DNA of 64,000 nt, from contig JBITNC010000001.1 in assembly GCA_050084985.1 (NCBI GenBank), forward strand, positions 17,608,001 through 17,672,000, written 5' to 3'. This DNA is from Nageia nagi (taxonomy: Eukaryota > Plantae > Pinophyta). Position 1 is the stretch's first letter; every line of letters begins with the position of its first letter. Both the position numbers and the translations under genes were made by a program. Under the pieces are notes generated by a model. The model did not search any database and was not told the DNA's origin. It saw only the letters and a program-made list of their open reading frames with translations. Below are positions 14,172 through 25,854 of this stretch, piece after piece.

Positions 14172-16519
14172 TGCTAATGTCATTTTAAACCCATTGGTTT
14201 GTAGGACCTATCAAAGTTTATCCAGAAGTAAATATATATATCAATTAAACATATGAAATATGATTATTTCTCATATAAAGAAAAATATTGAACAATGCAC
14301 ATATATTCCAAGAAAAAAAAGAATACTCCCAAGGAAAATTGATGCAATCATTCTAAAACCAGATCAAACACAATATGCTGATGTTTTCTTAAACCTCCAA
14401 ATAATAAATACCAATAAACCTAAAATTCATGACAAACATCCCTAAAACATTTTGTAAAGTACCCCATAATTGTTTTTTTAATCATTTTACCAAAAATTGA
14501 ATGATATTAAAACTAGGAATGAATGCTTGACTCTCTTGCATAACTTGCAGTTGCATATAATGATCTTATGTTTATCATTGTTAATAAAAAGAACAATTAA
14601 GTAGTTATTGATGGTTTGGATCAAGTTGAAAGGCAAGATGATGCTTTTATTTCATGTCCAAACTCTCACTTCGACACTCATGCTCCTCTTTCAAACTTGA
14701 AGCAAGAAGCTTTTTATATTCAATTGCCTCTACCTTGGCCTTAGCAATCCATTTATTCTTGTCTACTATTCTTGCTCGCTTCTTTTACATTGTTAAAGGT
14801 GTTACAAGTCTCTAAATATTTGGAGCTTTATTTCACTTCTTAACTATCTTCAATTGAAAAAATTAAAACTATTAAATCTTCATTTGTTCTCGAATCCCAT
14901 ATCATAGTCGCTTTTAAGTGTCATAGAAATCTTTAAGGTATCAAAGGCCACACTTAATGCCATGAAAGATATGTGACTATAGAATTGATAGAGGATGCAC
15001 CAAGAAGTTGTGAGATCTCAGGAAGTAAATGAGACTTGCAAGTATAACAAACAATAGTAGGTGAAGTTGACCTTAGGGAGTTTCATTAGGCACCAATGAA
15101 TAGTAGGTGTGGTTGATCTTTATGTTAGAAATAATGCATTATATTAGAATATAGATATTTTAGGTATCTAGATAAATTAGATGTTGAATAATACATTAGT
15201 AAATAATACTAATGTTAATTTATTAGGTATTAAGATTTCTAGGGTGAAATAATTTCTCTACAAGAATCTCTTGCTCATGTATTTAAACTCATTTTAAAGT
15301 TAATACAACATTATGTGCTCTCATTTCCAATGTGGTATCAAAGTGGGTTCAATTTATATCTTCTCATAATTTGCCTCGAAAGTGATGGTTGATCTTAGCT
15401 AATCCATGACTAGGGGATGATTGTTGTCAAGAATAAGAAACTTGAAGATTTGAATAGTATAAGGCTACCAACAACCATTATGTCAAGAAATAGTCAAATA
15501 AAAGCTCGTTGATCCATAACTTGCTTGGTTGGATCAAAGAAAGAGTGTTGAAATGTATAATGCATTATTGTAAAGGTTTGTATTAATCCTCTTTGTAAGT
15601 TCACTAATACTTAAGAGTATCATTTGATACCTTAAGTATTTAAGTGAATATGATAATGTTATTGTTCCTCACTCCTCCATTACCGACGTCTCCCCTCCAT
15701 TGTCTCAGCTACTCCACTCCTCACAACTCTATGCACCTCATTGGGCTAATGGCATGCGACCTCCTGTGGCAGTAGACCGACACCTAATCCTTTGAGCCAT
15801 GGAGGCAAGACCTTGCAACCCCTCCTCTATGCAATTTTTGTAGGACCTCGTGGCCCCTTTGGCCTCATTGACCCCGCGACCTCTCCATTCATCACCTCTT
15901 CATGCCACTCCTTTGCGGCTCTCTCAATGCTGCCCCTTCACGGCTCCCTCAATGTCACCCCTCCGTGGCTCCCTTTGTCCACCTCCCGTTGGCCTTTGCT
16001 CCACCCCCCCTTCTTCATATGTCTCACATGAATCCTCCATCTGCACACCAACTCGCCCTCACTACCTCTTTCAAATTGCTTACCTTTTTTTCTTTAATTT
16101 CTTGCTCCATGTGATTTTTTTTTACCTATAGTGGTAGGTAGGCAATTAATTTTTTTTTTTGCCTACTTGCAAGTATCTTGGTTGCATATAGAAGACATTG
16201 TATACTCTTTCCTTTGGTAGATTTTTAATTTGCTTGCAAGACTTTTTTTATTAAATGCACTTAGATCTACTTATATTCCAACTTAGAAATCATTAAATGC
16301 ATTTAGATGCCTACAAGTCATTTAAAGCTTTTCATGATGAGTATACTTACATTACTTTTGACTTGGTCCAACATTCATCATTACTATTAAATGCACTTAT
16401 TCAAAATACTTTTAAGAATAAATTATTTAGTATGCTACCTTTAGGGATAAACCTTTAAGTAAAAAAGGGGGGGAATTTGTATAAATTTTCTACTTAAATT
16501 TTTATTTAGTCTGCATACT

Positions 16520-16990
16520 AAATGTTTAAGTTAAAAAGATGCATGCTTATGCTTAGTACTTAAATTTTTTACTTTAAGATGCATGCTTATGCTTAATACC
16601 AAATTTTTTACTTTAAGATGCATGCTTATGCTTAGTACTAAATTTTTTACTTTTAAGTTAAAAAGATGAATGCTTATGCTTAGTACTTAAATTTTAAGTT
16701 AAATGCATGCTTAATACTTATTTGTTAAGTTAATAAATGCATGCTTAGTACTTAATTTTTAAATCAATGATGCATGCTTAATACTTATTTGTTAAAGTTA
16801 ATAAATGCATGTTTAGTACTTAATTTTTTTAAGTTAATGTTGTATGCTTAGGATTTAAATTTTTAAATTAGTGTTGCATGCTTAGGACTTAATTCCTTAA
16901 GTTAAAAAGATGCATGTTGAGTATTTATCCTTTATGCAAAGTTAACTTATGCAAATTTTTGAAATTAATACATGCTTATGCTTAATTATC
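16520..16990 (+). repeat. Tandem array of ~35-45-bp units (gatgcatgcttatgcttagtacttaaa...) in B's leader; homologous array in C at ~23920-24200 (minus)
   Basis: About 11 degenerate copies visible. Confidence 0.85.
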
Positions 16991-17819
16991 TATCATTTTT
17001 TTTTGCAAAGTTTGATGTAAAGATGTCCTTTAGGGGGTTTGGTAAACAAAACCCATTGGACACTCAAGTTTCAAATTTTTGCATGGATGATGTTTTACTT
17101 ATGCTCTTTTACTTCATGTTTCATATTTTGATTTATTTGCTTATGCAAACAAAAATGAAACCATTGATATCAACAACATTTTAAAATAAATATATTCGCA
17201 TGTACATTTCGCAACATGACTTGTTTGGAAAGCCATGAGGTGAGGACAGATGGACTAGAGCCTTTAAGTTCAACGATCTAAATGGTGAAAAGTTCATACT
17301 TCTCAATTACCTCTAAGTCTTCTATTGGTCTGGATATAACTCCAATAGGTAGATAAACATATGTGTACTGATACCACATATTCGCACATCCATTTAGGGA
17401 TTATCTTGATAACCTAGGAGGATAATTTAAAACTTAATCAAGATTAATAATTTGATCAATCCAATAAATGTCATAACCTTAAAAAATAGTATGTACTTCT
17501 CATTATGAGAGTATAAAACTGATCAAAGCAAACTTGTTAAGGATTAGTAGTACTTGGGCTCCTCTTGTGTGGGTATATAGGTAAAAGCTTAATTATAGAT
17601 AAGAAAATAAACTTCAACAATATCACTCTACATCTACGGTACTTGACATTAGAAATGTCTTTGAGTACATGGATTATTTGAGTTGTATAATATTTGCACT
17701 TGTAAATCAAATCATGCATGTCTTTTGTGTTAAAATTAATATGTATTTTTTACTTGGTTAAAACTTAACATATAATGTTGTTAACCACATGCTTATTATT
17801 TCACATTCTTGTGTAGCAA

Positions 17820-18158
17820 ATGGGAGACTCCTTTTTACCCAAACATATTCTTGATGGTTTCAATTTTAGAATTTGAGAACCATAGATGAAAGTTGAATTA
17901 CAGGCAAAGAAGCTTTGACAAATAATGAATAAGAACCTTGTACCTCCTATAGATGAGAAGACACTAGAGGTTTATAACACGAAAAATGAGTTGGCAATCT
18001 CCATGATCTACCATGCAATTTCAGATGATGTGCTCATGATGATTTCTTCTTCAACCTCAACAAAGGAAGCTTAGGATAAACTTAAGCAAATCTACCTTAT
18101 TTTAAATTTTTCAAGAAGGTTTACCATTCTCTAAAAGTTATTTCAATCTCATCAAGGG
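17820..18158 (+). pseudogene. Element B gag, N-terminal part
   Basis: MGDSFLPKHILDGFNFRI*EP*MKVELQAKKL*...TKEA*DKLK; reading continues across the C insertion as QSHQG|EDEKMA. Confidence 0.88.
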
Positions 18159-19456
18159 TGAAAGAATTGAACTATAATAAAAATAATCATAAACTACCAA
18201 GATCACATGAAAGCTCTCAAATTACATCCAACAAATATACAAAGCAATCTCACAACACAAGATGTAAAGTGGTTCCTCCAACTAGAAGTATATCCACTAA
18301 CTAGATCTTTACTTCTCTTATAAATACAACTCTCTTACAATCCTTCTAATCTCAACTCGTACACTTCTATCATATAGCATAACCTTACTTCATAATTGAT
18401 ATGTCATTACAAAGAGGGAGCCTTCTATTTATAGACCAAAATCCCTCCTTGGATGACCTAAACATGATATGCATATATTTGACCCAAGAGGCATGCTCAT
18501 GACTTGAAGTTTAAGATAAGTTACATTATTATATTCACTAAAATACTTAAGGTATCAAATAATACTCTTAAGTATTAGTGAATTTACATAGAAGATTTAA
18601 TACAACCTTTACAATAATGCATTATACATTCCAACATTCCTTTTTTATGCAATATTGGAATAGAGCAAGTAAGAGAAAAGAAGAAGAGAAAGTAAAAGAG
18701 TTCTCCTCCAAACAGATACAATGAAGATGAGAACTTTTTACATATTTGTGAAGTAAAAAAGATCTAATTTGAGATTCACTACTTTTTTAAATACAATCAT
18801 TAACCACAACTGGTTTCAATGTACATGAAGTAGTCATCTAACTAGAAGTCATGAAGAGTCTTCAAAAGCTTGCATACCTAAGGTAAGTAATTTGCAATCT
18901 TAGAGAAACCTGCAAGTCATTAGCAGCTCAAATAACAAGATTAGTTAGATGCATCATATTCATATCAACAAGGATAGATGAATCACACAAATGCCATCAT
19001 AAACTGATCAATGATAAAGCATATAAAGATGTCAAGAAATCATAAATGCACAACAACAAAGATGACATAAATCATCAACTATGATATCTAAGAATATCAC
19101 ATGTGCATATATCAAGATGTGCAATATTAACCAATTGATATGCATCAAAAATGATACTTGCATTTGTCTTTGTTGTTTATCATTCTATCTTGTGTATGTA
19201 TTTATTTTATATGAGGGGTGTCATCAAAATAATACAACTAACCGGATAGTTTCTCCCCTTGGATGACCGCTTCATCAAACAAATACATAGAGGATAAGAA
19301 TCATGCCAAGAATAAAGGCCAAAGTGACTAATATGGACATTAAGATTTAAAGGCAAAACAAATATCAGAAGGCACAAAATGCTAGCTTAAGGACCACATG
19401 AAGATGTAGAAAGCCATAAGGTGCCATTTAGAAATGTGATTGTACCAAGAGTAACT

Positions 19457-19676
19457 AAGATGGCACACAAAATACACTTGACTTTACCAAGAGGGAGTCA
19501 AGAAGGCATAATAAATAAGCTTGATTTGACCAAAAGAGGGTCAAGATGTCACAACAAATAAATTGGATTTTACCAAGAGTGAGTCAAGATGGCATAATAA
19601 ATAAACTTGATTTTATCAAGAGGAAGTCAAGATGCCACAACAAATAAACTTGACTTGAACAAGAGTGAGCCAAGAT
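19457..19676. repeat. 43-bp tandem repeat x5
   Basis: Units of the form aagatggcataataaataaacttgattttaccaagagtgagtc. Confidence 0.9.
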
Positions 19677-19844
19677 TGGAGAATTAGAAGTCCATCTTAA
19701 CCATGCTACCAGTTAAGAGTGAAATGATGAAATTGGTAGCATGAATAAATTGAAATAATTCAAATTTCATCAACAATATGTAAATAATCTATCATCATAG
19801 ATCAATCTTCCATCATCAGAGAAGGAGAAAAGAGTGTGGCCATT

Positions 19845-20030
19845 AGTGCATTATAAGTCATCACAAAAATGCCAAGCTAATACTTATAGTCACCAAAAGA
19901 TACTTGGATTTATATTGCACTATAAGTCATCATAGAGGATGCCAATCCAATACTTATAGTCAATGAAAAAGACATGGATTATGGTGCACTATAAGTCATT
20001 ATAGAGGATGCCAAGCCAATACTTATAATC
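19845..20030. repeat. 69-bp tandem repeat, about x2.7
   Basis: tgcactataagtcatcatagaggatgccaa.. recurring near 19847, 19916 and 19985. Confidence 0.9.
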
Positions 20031-20077
20031 ACTTGCTGTATATAAAACATGTGTTGATTATCATTAGAAAAAGAGCA

Positions 20078-20365
20078 TGCACATATGCGTTCCTTACATA
20101 TGGATAACATAAGAGTTTCTCATATATGAATAACTGAATAGTGCTAGAAGGACCAAAAAAAGAGTATGCACATAAGAGTCCCTCACATATGGATAACTGA
20201 ATAGTGCCAAAAGACACATAAGAGTTCTTCACATATGGATAACTGAACAGTGCAAGAGAGGCCAAAAAATAGAGTATGCACATATGAGTTCCTCACATAT
20301 AGATAACTGAATAATGCCAAAAGACACATAATAGTTCCTTACATATGGATAATTGAATAGTGCAA
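20078..20365. repeat. Tandem array with alternating long and short units (core gagttcctcacatatggataactgaatagtgc)
   Basis: Six core copies; B has two copies at 30350-30440. Confidence 0.9.
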
Positions 20366-20699
20366 GATAGACCAAGTTGTACAAGTTCCTCATGTAGAGT
20401 GAACTTACCATGAAGGTGTACGACAAAATCAATACTATACAACACATAATCAGTGAAAGATGCATGTAACAAAGCCATCGAGAAAAAAGACTTAGTTTTA
20501 GTAATGTAACATAATCCATCAAAAATGGATCCACCTTCTCAACATGGAAGTAAAACATAAAATGTAGATGAATAGAGTTGCAGTTGTTTCATCAAGAACT
20601 TGCTTTTAGAAATAAAAGACTTGGATTTGTGAAAGTCTACATACATATTACAATAGCAAATAAAAAATGCAATAAGAATTCAACCAATACTTCCCTTGA

Positions 20700-21218
20700 A
20701 AGGATATTTCACCAATCCTACTTCAGAAAGAGGGCTTGGTGAATAAAGGATACGTGGGTTTGGTGTAGGAATGTCCATTCCATACCAGAGTGGCTGATTG
20801 CTATGATTGAGATTGTGGGTCAACTTCGATAGGACCCACAAAAGGTTTAGATGCAATTTTCTTTAGAATGGGAATACCAAAGTGTTGAAGGATATCCTTA
20901 TACTGGAAGGCCCTTTTCTTCCACTTTTTTTGTAATCATTGCATTTCACAATGGCTATTGCTTACATCGTGCCTTTGTATCTCATTCATTTTTGCTTATA
21001 ATTGCCATATTTTTCTCAGCTAGTAGTTTATCGTGTTCAACCAAAATTGCATGGTAATACTATATACATATAGCTTTCTCTTATTGTAGCATATCATAAT
21101 GATGGGCCATTATCTCCATCTTGACCTTTATGGTAGCCAGTTCATGGCGAAGGTAGACATTTTCTAAATTTGCTCATATATTTATTTCTGTGTCAGAATT
21201 CAAGGAAGAACTTCCCAT
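20700..21218 (-). pseudogene. Element C cargo ORF3, coiled-coil-like protein of unknown function
   Basis: MGSSSLNSDTEINI*ANLENVYLRHELATIKVKMEIMAHHYDMLQ*EKAICI*YYHAILVEHDKLLAEKNMAIISKNE*DTKARCKQ*PL*NAMITKKVEEKGLP; stops revertible by C>T; 3' end uncertain. Confidence 0.55.
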
Positions 21219-21480
21219 GTGTGCAATAAAATTCTTTGTGAAAGTCATGATCAACCTATCGCTCATGATTAAAATATCCAATTTAATAGTCAAAAAGAGA
21301 GAAAAATAGCACAATGATGACTTAGTCATTACGCAACTTAGTGGTACTATCATTATTACTATCTTGACATGTATGACATTAATAAATTAAATGAGGAGTA
21401 GGTGAGATATTTTATCATCGTAAATCTTTTTCTCTAGTTGTCATAATTATTATAGTTTGATTATATCAAATCATATGCAT

Positions 21481-21489
21481 TATAAATAG
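21481..21489 (+). promoter_or_regulatory. Candidate TATA box for cargo ORF1
   Basis: tataaatag about 70 nt upstream of ATG 21552. Confidence 0.45.
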
Positions 21490-21551
21490 CCATAAATGAC
21501 CCTCGTTTGTCATTCGATGCTCTGCATTTATGATTTGAGCTATTATCTATC

Positions 21552-22118
21552 ATGGATGTGTCTCAGTTTCATACCCTACCAAGCGATCTCTAGGATAACA
21601 TAATGCATTGCAGTGTTCATGCAGCTTTAGAAAATTATGCTTTGATCGCATCTGAGGTTTTATTGCAACAACGACTAGTATTTTTGCAATTATACCTAGA
21701 CAATTATTGTGGTATTTGCATGATTTTTCATCTCAATCATGAGGATCATGTTCATTGATTATTTCATTTGCTCAGTCGACCTGATTGGACATGGTGTATA
21801 ATTATTTATACCTTGTTTAATCGTTATCTTTTGCAATTTGTATGCTACATCGGACTGCCTTCCTTTCATCCATAGAAGTATTTCGAACCACTCATTATTG
21901 CATGGGTAGTTCGTTAGCATAGGCTTCAATGGTCATCCACATACTCTTTTCGCGTTGCTTGACGAGGTGGACATCGTATTTTACGTCATCATTTTTCTTT
22001 TTCTTATCACTTTTTATTTTTTTTACATCAATATCTTTTAGAATTAGACACATTCAATTTTAGCATATCTGAAGATGATGCTAATTCTTCGAATTTTGAT
22101 GACCATTTACTAGACTAG
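21552..22118 (+). pseudogene. Element C cargo ORF1 (189 codons, F-box-like N-terminus, unknown family)
   Basis: MDVSQFHTLPSDL*DNIMH...QQRLVFLQ...ICMIFHL...RPDWTWCIIIY...YIGLPSFHP*KYFEPLIIAWVVR*HRLQWSSTY...NFSISEDDANSSNFDDHLLD*; no frameshift needed, 5 transition-type stops; paralog of ORF2. Confidence 0.8.
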
Positions 22119-22368
22119 CATTAATCAAGCCATAAGCACCACCCACTTGGGCTTATTAGTGGAAATCTTTTCTAACATTTTAATAAAGTAAAAGATAAGG
22201 TCACATTGGTTATTATGCTTGTATGGTTGATCCATTTTGATATTCCCATTTATGATCGATGATCTAGTTAATTTGTAATTCTATAAATTCATTGGATTCT
22301 AGTTGATCACCATCATTTTCACTTATATATGAAATCTTCAAAGAGATCTAACTCACTTGTCATTCATC

Positions 22369-22933
22369 ATGGATATGACCATTTTCTAAGGTCTTCGTGC
22401 TGATCTTCTTTAAGAAGTTTTTTATCGATGTATTCAAGGTCGAATCTTACAACATGCTTACATTATGCTGCAGATTGCTATGCAACAAAACCTAGTTCGC
22501 ATATAAGGTGATCAAAGTCTCTATCGATAGGCCATCTGCTTTATCCATCATTTAGAGGATACCGAGCAGTTGCACCTTATACTCACACTTGTTTATCGTC
22601 CAAACTAGACATGGAAGATCATCTTTTATTATTCGTAGATACCTTTTGTCTTCTATTATTTGCATTATGAAGGTCCTACAATGTTGCATCCTCATAAGTA
22701 CTATCACCCCTATACTATTGCATTTACAATATGACGACGAGATCTTCATTGGGAGTCCACTTATATTTCATGACTAATGTGAGAAGGGAATCAATGGGTA
22801 TACTACCTATTTTTCGACATCAGGTGTCATTTTTTTCTGATCACTTATGATATGTTATTCCATATACCTAATTTTTTCTATCATAGATCTTGAGAGTTCT
22901 AACTCTAACTCTCTCGATCATGATTCTACTTAG
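22369..22933 (+). pseudogene. Element C cargo ORF2 (~188 codons, paralog of ORF1)
   Basis: MDMTIF*GLRADLL*EVFY...QQNLVRI*...ICFIHHL...RPN*TWKIIFY...YEGPTMLHPHKYYHPYTIAFTI*RRDLHWESTY...FSIIDLESSNSNSLDHDST*; 9 transition-type stops and one 1-nt frameshift in the 3' part. Confidence 0.8.
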
Positions 22934-25785
22934 TTTGGTTATCCACTTGGGTATGTGAATGGAACTTTTCAAAAGTACTAAATATTATTTTTGTTCTATC
23001 TTGTATTAAATTGTTTATTGGATAAATTTTCAAGTTCTCAAGATAAATCTCAAATACAATAATTTTAATTGAAAGATATCGTAAATAATGATGCACATAA
23101 AACATAATAATGCTAGTGCATAAAATATTTCAAAATATAGTGTACAAAATACTTAATTTTGAAATATACATATTTTTTAAAGATAAGTGAACCCTCATGC
23201 TTGTAGAACAAATCACCATAGCATAACATATGTGAGATAAAAAGAACACCATTAGATATAGAGTGACATGGTTGAAGATTCTTGTCTTGTTTAAAAATTA
23301 GGCTTTCACTTGGATGCCCACACAAGAAGAACCCAAGTACTACCAATCTTCAACTAGTTTCTCTTGGGTAGCAATATACTCTCACAAAGAGAAGTACTAG
23401 CTATTTTTTAAGATTTTGACGTTTATTAGATCGATCAAATTATTAATTTTGATTTGTTTCAAGTTGTTCTCCTAAGTTATCAGGATAATCCTTGAATGGA
23501 TATGCGGATATGTGGTATCACTACACACATATCTATCCATCTATTGGAGTTAAATCCAGACCAATAGAGGATTTAGGGGTAATTAAGCTATACAAACTTT
23601 TCACCACTTGGATCGTCAAGCTTAAAGGCTCTAGTTCGCTACTCCTCATTGCATGGCTTCCCAAACAAATCATGTTATGGAATGTACGTGTAGATATATT
23701 CATTTTAGGGGGTTACTCATATTAATGTTTGCGTTTTTGTTTGCATAAGTAAATAAATCAAAATGCGAAACATAAAAAAACATAAGTAAAACATCATCCA
23801 TTCAATAACTCAAAACCTAAGTGTTCAATGGGTTTTGTTTACTAACCCTTAAAAGATATCTTTACATCAATTTTTATTTTGCACAAGTACATTAACTTTG
23901 CATAAGAGTATACATTAATCCATAAGTATGCATCATTAACTTAAAGAAGTATGCATCAATCTAGAAATTAAGCATGAATTATTTCTTCATAAGAACTAGA
24001 ATTTAAGAGGCATAATCATGCATTTTTAAATCATAAGCATGCATCTTCAAAAATTTTAAGTCATATGCATGAATCTTCAAAAAAATTTAAGTCCTAAGCA
24101 TGCATTTTTAACTTAAAAATATTTAACTTAAATTCTAAGTCCTTGAGCTTTTATCATCAAAAATTAAATTCTAAGAAAATATTAGGCATGCATAAACTTT
24201 TAAGTAAAATACTCATAAGCTTGTCCCCCCGTTTTACTTTAAAAACAAGATCCCGTAAAAACAAGAAGAAAAAATATATATATTCGATCACTAGAATAAT
24301 GACTAGCAAAAAAGAAGGAATAGTGCAAACAGAGCCATCCATAAAGGCAGGCCATTAAGGAAGTCATTTGGTGTGGGAATTAATATAGTGCACCATAATT
24401 CGTCATAGTTGCATTGCCAAGTAGCATAGTTTCGTGTGGGATTGAGATATATTCAACGTATATGATATTATAACTGTTAAATCAATTTCAACAAGAACAA
24501 TAACAAGAATTGAATATCATGGTGGACTTGGTGATGAAGAGCCACGTTTTCCAGGGGATGACATCTACGCAAGGACATGTATGATCCACCCAAGTCAAAG
24601 AGAGGAGGCTAAAGAATTTATCAAAAACCTACCATAGGCAAGAAGGTTGCCAAAGTGGAGTAGAGGGGAGTTGGTGGCAAAAGACAAAAAAACAAATACG
24701 CATGGCATGCGTGCTGGTCCCTGGTCTTCGATAACTTGAGGTGTATGACATTAATGAAATGATGCATGGCAGGAGCATGGGGAATGGTCTACGAGGGAGG
24801 AAAGGCTAACGCCAAGGTGGTTGAGACCATAAGTATGAGGGCCAGGCGAGGAGAATCATGGAAGCATAGTGCTTTATGCCATACAACTCTTACATTGGTT
24901 GGTATTCCCTTGACCAGGACTTCGTTATGTGTAGTAGTAGTTGCACCCTGTGCCATGAAAGCCAAGTCATTTGGATAGGATGGTGACATCAAACGAGGAC
25001 ATAGATTGGTTCATTTGGTCATGGAGACGTCGCTCGCTCTGGCCGAGGAAGGATCTGCAGAAGTAAATTCAGCAACCTCCACTTGTGGTGTTTAGGAAGG
25101 TAAAAGTACCGACCCTGCAATCGACTTCCACTAGGGTTAGTATTCTAGAAGCATCTTTAGTTGTGGAAGCTTCTATAGAGTTCGAGGTGACCAGCTTATT
25201 TGATTCGTTTGGTAACAGGGTGAGTTTGTGTAAGGGGAAGAAGAGACATTGGAGGATAGGGAAATGGATCAATGTCAGAGGAGGATGAGTAAGAATAGGG
25301 AATCTACCACCTACCCCTATGAGCTAAAATAGGAATATGGAGAGAGGGCCTATCTGAGATGCCATCATGGAACTACTCTGACTAGATAGTGCCTGGTCGT
25401 GTGGAGGATGAAGGTGCATATAGAGAGAAGGAAAGAGAGTGCTTGGTCGTGCCAATACTTTCTAGTAGCCGTCATATAGAATTTATAAAAATTAAAAAAC
25501 TATTTTATAAATTTTTATAGATGTAAACCCTCGCTTCCTCATTTGCAAAAAGTCTTATTTGTCATAATAATCAACTCAATATGGTTTTGAAGGAAAAAAA
25601 TGGAGTATATATATTTTACTCAACTCAACTGTATATAATAGCACTTAAAACAAAGGTAGGCAAAATATAGTAATATAATAGGTAATTTTAAGATTACTAT
25701 TTTTTACTAACAATAAGACATTATAGTGAAAAAAAATAATGTAACAAAATATATTGCTATAAAATATTTGCATGTAAATTTGAAA

Positions 25786-25787
<2 letters not shown>

Positions 25788-25851
<64 letters not shown>
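25788..25851. repeat. (AT)32 microsatellite in C's leader
   Basis: Read directly from the sequence. Confidence 0.98.

Positions 25852-25854
<3 letters not shown>

Noticed and set aside
14065-14256. ORF containing IYIYIY repeats (also 25707-26111)
   Set aside because: Translation of (AT)n microsatellites
15792-16131. Three overlapping Pro-rich ORFs
   Set aside because: Expected by chance in a C-rich leader; no homology seen
17360-17530. Possible hammerhead ribozyme (ctgata/ctgatc) and an antisense PBS-like tggtatcag in the leader
   Set aside because: No CUGANGA...GAAA core with the required stems; the PBS-like match is not next to a recognisable LTR end
19457-20365. Repeat arrays resembling CRISPR
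   Set aside because: Eukaryotic TE context, no unique spacers, no cas genes
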